Shown here piece by piece: positions 8,207 through 17,200 of a stretch of 56,059 bases of DNA. A program made the position numbers and the translations under genes. The notes beneath the pieces were generated by a model. It did not search any database. It was not told the DNA's origin and was given only the letters and a program-made list of their open reading frames with translations. The DNA lies in IMG/VR virus record IMGVR_UViG_3300008262_000247, positions 1 through 56,059 of that record; one strand, 5' to 3'. Source of the DNA: a virus. Taxonomy: Duplodnaviria; Caudoviricetes. How positions within the stretch are numbered: the first letter of the stretch is position 1; every line of letters starts with the position of its first letter.

Positions 8207-11200
8207 TATTGAAGAAATTGTTTCTGATTTTAATTTAATAAGTGCTATTGTAGATAGTGGAACTTCTAATTTTCCAACTCTATTGGCCAGAAGTTCTAAT
8301 AAAGGATATGGATTTGATTCGCCGTATAATATATTAGGAACTGAACAAATTACAGCATCTTATTCGGCATCAAATGAAGATTTATCACAAATAAGTTCTT
8401 CGTTTGGAGTAACTCTTGGAATATTTGCAGATGGTACTGGTTCATATAGTTTCACTACAAATACTAATAGTGGAGTAAAAACTACAAATCAAACACCAAT
8501 AACTGCAACAATACCGGCAACTGGTTTTATTAGTTCAAGTATATCTTCATCTTTTAGTACAATTATTTCTATACTTAAAAGCGGATTAACTGCAACACCT
8601 AGTTTAGTTACAAATTTAAGTGCAAGTATTATAGCAACTGATACACCATTTAGTTCAAGTGGAATATCTTCATCACTTTCAGTAATAAACAATGTAAGTG
8701 CAAGTTTAAGTATAGTTTATAATATAGTTGCAAATGGTACTGGAAGTAATACATTATCTATACCTGTAAATCATCAACAAAATTTCACAGTAGTAAATAG
8801 TGGCAGTTCTGCATATACATTTAATGGATTGGGTAATAATCCAACATTAACTTTATTTAGAGGTGAAACTTATAAATTTTATATAAGTGCTTCTGAAGCA
8901 ATTGGTGGCATAGATTATCCTTTCTGGATAAGAACACAACAGGTAGAAGGAATTGATAAAATTTATGATTATAACAAAGGAGTAATAAATAATGGTGATA
9001 GTGTAGGTAATATTACATTTAAAGTTCCATACGATGCACCAAATACACTTTATTATGTTGCGAGAAATAATAAAAATTTGGGTGGAAAAATTAATATAGT
9101 AAACAATTCTGCAACACCTATAAATTTAATAGCATCAACACTAACATATCCACCAACAGTATATTCGTCATCAATAGCAAGTGATAGTACCGATAAGATA
9201 AATGCATACGATTTAATTTTAAATAATAAAAAATTTATTCAAGATGAAACAATAGCATATCTTTCTTCTTCTTGGAGTGATTTTTCTTATGATGAAACAA
9301 CTTGTCGCAGAGATATTGGCTACATTATTGATGGTGTAGCAAAAGACCTTTTATACGGTGGTAATGAAGAATCAATAAGAAGTGGATTATTTTATTATCA
9401 ATACCCATCGGAAGCAACTACAACTCAATTATCACCAACACTTACTGCTATAAAATACTTTAGTAGATTAATTGAAAAAATATTAAAAAATCAAAACTTT
9501 GTTGAACCAAATATTGATAGAGAGTCAGCATGGGATTGTATTTTAAATAATAGACAATTCATTCAAAACGAAACTATTGCATATCTAAGTTCTTCGTGGA
9601 GTACATTTGAATATAACGAAGAAAAGTGTAAAAGAGATGTTGGATATATTTTAGATGCGGTAGCTACCGATATTAAATACGAAGGCAATGAAAGAAGTAT
9701 TGAAGCTGGTAGATTTTATTATTTATATCCATCTCAAGCAACCGGTTCACAATTAGTACAAACTATTGATGGTATCAAATATGCAGCTGGATTGGTTAAA
9801 AATTTAATTGTAAATAAAACATTTGTAACGGCATCTCAAACCACACAAGCGGCTTATTCATTAATAAGAAATAATAAATCGTTAGTACAAGATGAAACTA
9901 TACAATTTATCAATGTTGCGTATCCTACTTTGGAATATAATCAAGCTAAATGCCGTAGGGATGTTGGATATATTTTAGATGGTGTGGCAACTGACCTATT
10001 ATATGGTGGTAATGAAAGAAGTGTAGCTAGTGGTAGATTCTATTATGATTTTCCTTCAATTGCAACTTCTACGCAAAAAAGAGAAACTGCAGGTGGTATA
10101 AGATACGCAAAGATTATTACAGAATACATTGTTCAAAATATAATTTTAGATACACCTAGAATTATTGCAAATGATGAGAAAGGTATAAAGATTTCGGCTT
10201 TAACAAATATTACATCTTCTTATAGTGGAAGTTTAAATGAACAAGTTTCAATTAGTTCTTCTTTTAATATAGTTGAGGGTATTATTAAAAAAGGTGTTGA
10301 CTCAATTAAAGCAATTGTGGCAAAAAATACCGATTCAAATTGGTCATTAAATAATCCTTTAAAAGTTTCTTTAAATAATCAAATAACGAATTCATATGTA
10401 ACACCGGATGAGGTTAATCGTATTGGTGATAATTTTGATATTGTAACATCCATAATAAATAATGGAACAGGTTCATTACCTATATTAACATCGTCTGTAT
10501 CAGGATTATATAAAGTATCTGATATAGAACAAATATCTGCAACATCTGCAACAAATGCCGAAACTGCAAGTATAAGTTCTTCATTTGCGAATATCATTAA
10601 TATAATAAAAAATGGAACTGGTTCTTTACAACCATTCACATCTTCGGTTAATGATAATATTAAAGCAACCGCAACAAATTATTCTCAATTAATAGGTGGG
10701 AATTCTACATATAGTTCTAGTATTAGTGCATCAATGAAAGTAATTACTGATGTGTTGCAAAATGGATTATCATCTCTACCGGTTTTGGTTAATAATTCAA
10801 CAACCGGTTCTTTGATTAAAGTTGGTAATGTATCGCAAGTAACAACATCATCATTAGATACAAATCTTTCTGCATCATTGTTTGTTTCTCGTTCAATATC
10901 AATTGTAGTTGATATTTTAAGAACTGGAAATCTTGATGTGGCTAAAACTCCATATGTAACTCAATCTTTGGTATCCGATAAACAATCTTTGGCAAGTTCT
11001 CATATTGTTGCAAATTTGGATTTTATTAAAGAAGAAACTATTGCGTATCTTTCTTCTTCTTGGAGTGGATTTGATTATAATGAAGAAAAATGCAGAAGAG
11101 ATGTTGGATTAATTATAAGTGGTGCGGCACAAGACCTTTATTGGGGTAATATTTCAGCATCAATTGTTAATGGGCAATATTATTTTGAATATCCATCACA

Positions 11201-14200
11201 AGCGACAGGTTCACAATTACAACAAACTATTGATGGTATTATATACGCGAGTAATGTTGCACAAAAAGTAATTCAAGGTATAGAATATCAACAATTGACC
11301 GGTAGTTTAGCGAGTGCTTCTTTAGCATTAAAAAATAACAAAGGATTTATTATAGATGAAACCATAGCATATATGAGTTCATCTTGGGGTTCATTTGATT
11401 ATAACGAAACAACGTGCCGTAGAGATTTAAATTACATTATTGATTCGGTTAGAACTGATTTAGTATATGGTGGTAATCAAAGAACTAGATTATCTGCTGA
11501 ATATTATTTCTTATATCCATCACAGGCAACTGGTTCTCAACTTACACAAACTTTAGATGCTGTAAATTATGCAAGTAGAATAGCACAAAAAGTTGTAGTT
11601 GGACAAAACTTTATTGCAGCCAATACTAATAAATTAAATTTACCATCTGTAGCGGTATTGGCAGCAGCGGAATTAGTAAGAGCGGATATACCATTTATAC
11701 AACAAAATGTAATTGATTATACAAACGATACCTATCCAAAATTAAATTATAATCAGGCTAAATGTTTCAGAGATGTTAGATTTATTACCGATGCGGTAAT
11801 TACTGATTTAGTATATGGTGGTAATGAAAGAACTATTGAAGCTGGAACATTCTATTATCTATACCCATCGCAGGCAACTGATGACCAATTAGATGAAACA
11901 ATTGATGCAATTAATTTTGGTAGAGATTTAACTAAATTGGTTGCAATAGGTGGACTTGAAGTTGAAAGAAGTTTTGATGTAATTTCAAAAATTATAGCGA
12001 GTGGAAGTAATGGATACCCATCAACAATTATAAAAAATACTGAAAGTGCAATAAAAGCAACAAATATTAATCAAACTACATCATCTAATGTTGTAATAGA
12101 ATCTGATAAATTATTAGTATCTTCTTCATTTTCTAATATTATTAATATAATAGCAAATGGCACTGGGTCTATACCAACAATAGTTTCATCTTCATTTAAA
12201 GGAATACTCTTTAGCACCGGTTCACAAACAACATCATCAATAACACCAAATAATACTGAAATTAATAAAGTTAATTCTTCATTTGATGTTGTGACAAATA
12301 TAATAGCAAATGGTACTGGTTCAATTCCAACATTAATAACAAATGCAACAGGTTCAATAAAAAGAACAAACACTTTACAATTTACTACAACCGCATCTAT
12401 TTCTCAAGCAAATATAAACTTGTTCAAATCATCTATTGATATTGTTTTAGATATTGTAGAAAATGGTACAGGTTCAATTCCTTCTTTAGTAAAAAATACC
12501 GATGGATTAATAAAAGTTACAAATGCCGTACAAACAGTTGCAACTGGTTCTACATCTAGATCTGTAATAAACTCTATTACTTCTAGTTTTGATACTGTTA
12601 TTAATGTAATAAGTAATGGAACTGGTTCAATACCTTCTTTGGTAACGAATACGGTAAATAATATAAAAAGGACATTAGAAACACAATATATAGGAACTGG
12701 TTCGGCAACAAACGCCGAATCACAAATTATATCTGCATCAATTGGTATAGTTTCAAATATCGTATCAAATGGAACAGGAAGTTTGCCAGTAGTTATTCAA
12801 TATACATCTGCATCTACAAATACTAATGTAATAACTGCATATAATATTCTTAAAAACAATATTACATTTATACAAGAAGAAACAATTGCATATCTTTCTT
12901 CTTCTTGGAGTGGATTTGTTTATGATGAAGAAAAATGTAAGAGAGATGTTGGATTTATTTTAAGTGGTTCAGCAGAAGATTTATTGTGGAATTCAAACTC
13001 TGCATCAATTGTAAATGGTAAGTTCTATTATGAATATCCATCACAAGCTACCGTAGGAAATGATGGTGATACTGGTGGACAATTAAATCAAACATTAGAA
13101 GGAATTGAATATGCTAGCCGTTTGGCACAAAAAGTGGTTTTAAATACTTTATTTGTAACACAATCTACTGAAATAACTAATGCATATAATTTAATACGAA
13201 ATAATAAATCATTTATTCAAAGTGAATCTATTTCATACATAAGTTCTTCTTGGAGTACACATACATATAACCAACTAAGTTGTAGTAGAGATATTTCTTA
13301 TATTATAGATGCTGTTACAACCGATATATACTATGGTGGTAATGAAAGAGCATCTAAAGCTGGTTTATATTATTTCTTATATCCATCTGAAGCAACTGGT
13401 TCTCAATTAGATGAAACTGTAACCGGAATAAATTACGCTAAAAATCTTTCAAATAGAATATTAAAAGGCGGTTTATTACAATCAGTTACTAATAATAAAC
13501 TTCAGGCTAAAGAGTTAATATTCAATAACAAACAATTTATAGCAAATGAAGTAATTGCATATGTTTCTGCTAGTTGGAATGGATTTGTTTACAACGAGGA
13601 AACTTGTAAAAGAGATGTTGGTTATATTTTAGATGCAGCCATAACTGATTTAGTATATGGTGGTAATGAAAGAAGTATTGAAGCTGGTAAATTTTATTAT
13701 TTATATCCATCCGAAGCAACTACAACTCAATTAGGTCCAACTTTAAGTGGTATTAAGCACGCAAAAGGAATGAGTGAGAATGTAATGAAGAATTTAACTT
13801 ATTATACTTCTTCCGTTTCTGCTCAAACTGCATATGATTTGTTAGTTCAAAATAAACAACTTATACAAAACGAAACAATAGCGTTTGTAAGTTCTTCTTG
13901 GAGTTTCTTCAACTACAACGAAGCAAGTTGTAGTAGAGATACTGGCTACATTGTAGATGCGGTAGCAACTGATATTCTTTATGGTGGAAACGAAAGAGTA
14001 AGAGAGGCAGGAGAATACTATTACTTATATCCTTCATTAGCAACTGTTGATGGAGATGGGGATGCAGCTGGACAATTAGGACAAACTTTGGATGGTATTA
14101 ATTACGCTAAAGGTATTGCTAAAAAGATTGTATCAAATCAATTATTACAAACCGCAAGTATTTCAGAATTAACTGCTTGGACATTGTTAAGACAAAACAA

Positions 14201-17200
14201 ACCATTAATTCAAGCGGAAACAATTGCATACTTAAGTTCTTCTTGGACAGGTGTAGATGGATTCTACTACAATGAGGCTAGTTGTTCAAGAGATGTGGCA
14301 TATATCGTAGATAATGTGGCAACTGATATTTTGTATGGTGGTAATGAAAGAAGTTCTAAAGCAGGAGAATATTACTATCTGTACCCATCTAAAGCAATTG
14401 TTGGTGGAGTACCTTCTCAAACTGCACAATTGGAGCAAACGATAGATGGTGTACTATTTGCAGCAGGTAACGCACAAAATGTAATATCAAATAGAGTATT
14501 AACACAGCCAACCGAATTTGTATCATCTTCGGTTGAATTAATGAGAAAGAATAGAACGTTTATTCAAAATGAAACAATACAATACATAGACGCTTTCTAT
14601 CCTGATTTAGTTTACAATAGAGAGAAGTGTAGAAGGGATGTTGGGTATATTGTTGATAATGTAGCAACTGATTTGTGGTACGGTGGTAATGAAAGAGCAA
14701 TAACAGCCGGTCAATACTACTATTTATATCCTTCATTGGCAACAAAAACAGAACAAGTAAGAGAAACTGTATCAGGTGTTCAATATGCTAAAAATGTAGC
14801 TAGAAAAGTAGTTCAAAATATATTATTATCATCACCGCTATTATTATCAAATACAAATAATAACATTAAAGTTGGTAATATAAATCAAATTACATCTTCT
14901 ATTACTCCAAATGAAACTGAAGTAAACGGAATCAGTTCATCTTTTTCTATTGTTACTAAAATAATAGAAGGTGGATTGAGTGCGGCACCAACTAAAGTTT
15001 CTAATAGCTATAACACAATTAAAGTAACAAATGAAACTCAATACAAAACATTAGTTTCTGCTAGTTCAACTGAAATTGGTATTGTAACTGCATCGTTTGG
15101 ATTAATTAGAGATATAATTTATAAAGGTGATGCATCTTTACCTGATGCATTAGCTGAAAATTTCCAATATGGATTTGAAAATACAATTCCATCATTATTG
15201 CATATATCATCAATTGAACAAACTGCGGGTGGTGGTGTTGGATATAATTCATATACCTCTAGTATTAGTTCTTCATTTGCAAATGTAATTAAAATAATTA
15301 ACAATGGTACTGGTTCTATACCATCAATTGTAGAAAATACATCTGGTAGTATAAAGGCACAATCAATAGTATCTCAACTATTACCAGCAACCGATGGTGG
15401 AAAATATCAAAGAGATAGAATTGCAAATTTATATGATGTTGTTTTGGATATAATTGAAAATGAAACATATTCAACATTAATTCCAAATACATCAGCAAGT
15501 GTTAAAGTAACAAATACCCCACAATTTTTAAGTGGAAGTGGTGCAGACAGAATACAGGCTAAACTTGTATCTGCATCATTTGGTATTGTTACATCCATAC
15601 TTACAAATGGAACTGCATCGTTTGGATATGTTGGACCAAATGCAACACCTAATTCAAATAATAAAGTTAATTTAGCATATAACTTGTTATTGAATAATAA
15701 ACAAATGATTGTAGATGAAACTATAACATTTATGAGTTCATCTTGGAGTTCGTTTGAATATAATGAAGCAAGTTGCAGTAGAGATTTAGGATTTATTATT
15801 GATGGTGCAGCATATGACCTTCTTTATGGTGGAAATTCTGCATCGTTTGTAAATGGTAAATACTATTACGATTTCCCATCACAGGCAACTGGTTCTCAAT
15901 TAGACCAAACTGTGACAGCGATTAAGTTTGCAAGTGGGTTAGCGGAAAAAGTTGTTAGAAATATAACACTACAACATATTTCAGCATCAGCAGAAACATC
16001 AGCATCTTATGTGACATTAAGAAATAATAAATCATTTATACAAGCCGAAGCTATAACTTACTTATCTTCTTCTTGGAGTGAGTTTGATTATAATGAAACA
16101 ACTTGTAAAAGAGATATTGCATACATTATAGATGCAGTTTCAACTGACCTTCTTTATGGTGGAAATGAAAGAAGTTGGGTAGCAGGTGATTACTATTTTA
16201 GATATCCATCACAAGCAACTGATTCGCAACTACAACCAACATTAGATGGTATTGGATATGCTAAAGGATTATCAATGAGAGTAATCTCTGGTTCTGCTTT
16301 AACAAATGCAACATCGGATATATTGAATGTTTATAACTTGTTAAAAGATAATAAAGAATTTATACAAGAAGAAGTTGTGGCGTTTGTAAATGCAAAATAT
16401 CCTAACTTATATTATAGTCAAACTAAATGTAGACGTGATATTGGATACATTGTAGATGCGGTAATTACTGATTTTAAATGGGGTGGTAATCAAAGAAGTT
16501 CTAAAGCAGGTGAGTTCTATTATCTATATCCTTCTTTGGCAACTGAATCCGAACAAGTAGTTGAAACAACAACTGCAGTTGATTATGCTAGAAGATTGTG
16601 TGAACAAATTATAATAGGAAACGTAATAGAAACACCGCAAGTTGTACTAAATACTGCAAATAATATTAAAGTAACAAATATTCCGCAATACACTTCAGCA
16701 TCATCTGCAACAGTTTATGAAGTTAATAGAGTAAGTTCTTCATTTGCAGTTGTAACTAATACTGTTGAAAATGGATTAGGAGTGTTACCTACGATTATAT
16801 CAAATGTATCTGAAAGTATTAAAGTAACATTAACTTCACAAATTGGTGGAAATGCTGCTACACAAACTGAATCCGATTATATTAGTTCATCAATTTCAAT
16901 TGTAACTGATATTATACAAAATGGCACAGGTTCATTCCCTATATTAACTTCATATGGCGCAGCATCTACTGACCCTAACGTAATAAATGCATATAACAAT
17001 TTAATTCAAAATATTCCATTTATTCAATCAGAAACTATTGCTTATATTAGTTCTTCATGGAGTTTCTTTAATTATAATGAAGCAAGTTGTAGCAGAGATG
17101 TAGCTTATATTGTAAGTGGAGCAGCTGAAGATTTATTACATAATTCCACATCCGCATCATATATGAACGGATATTATTACTTCTTATTCCCATCAAACGC

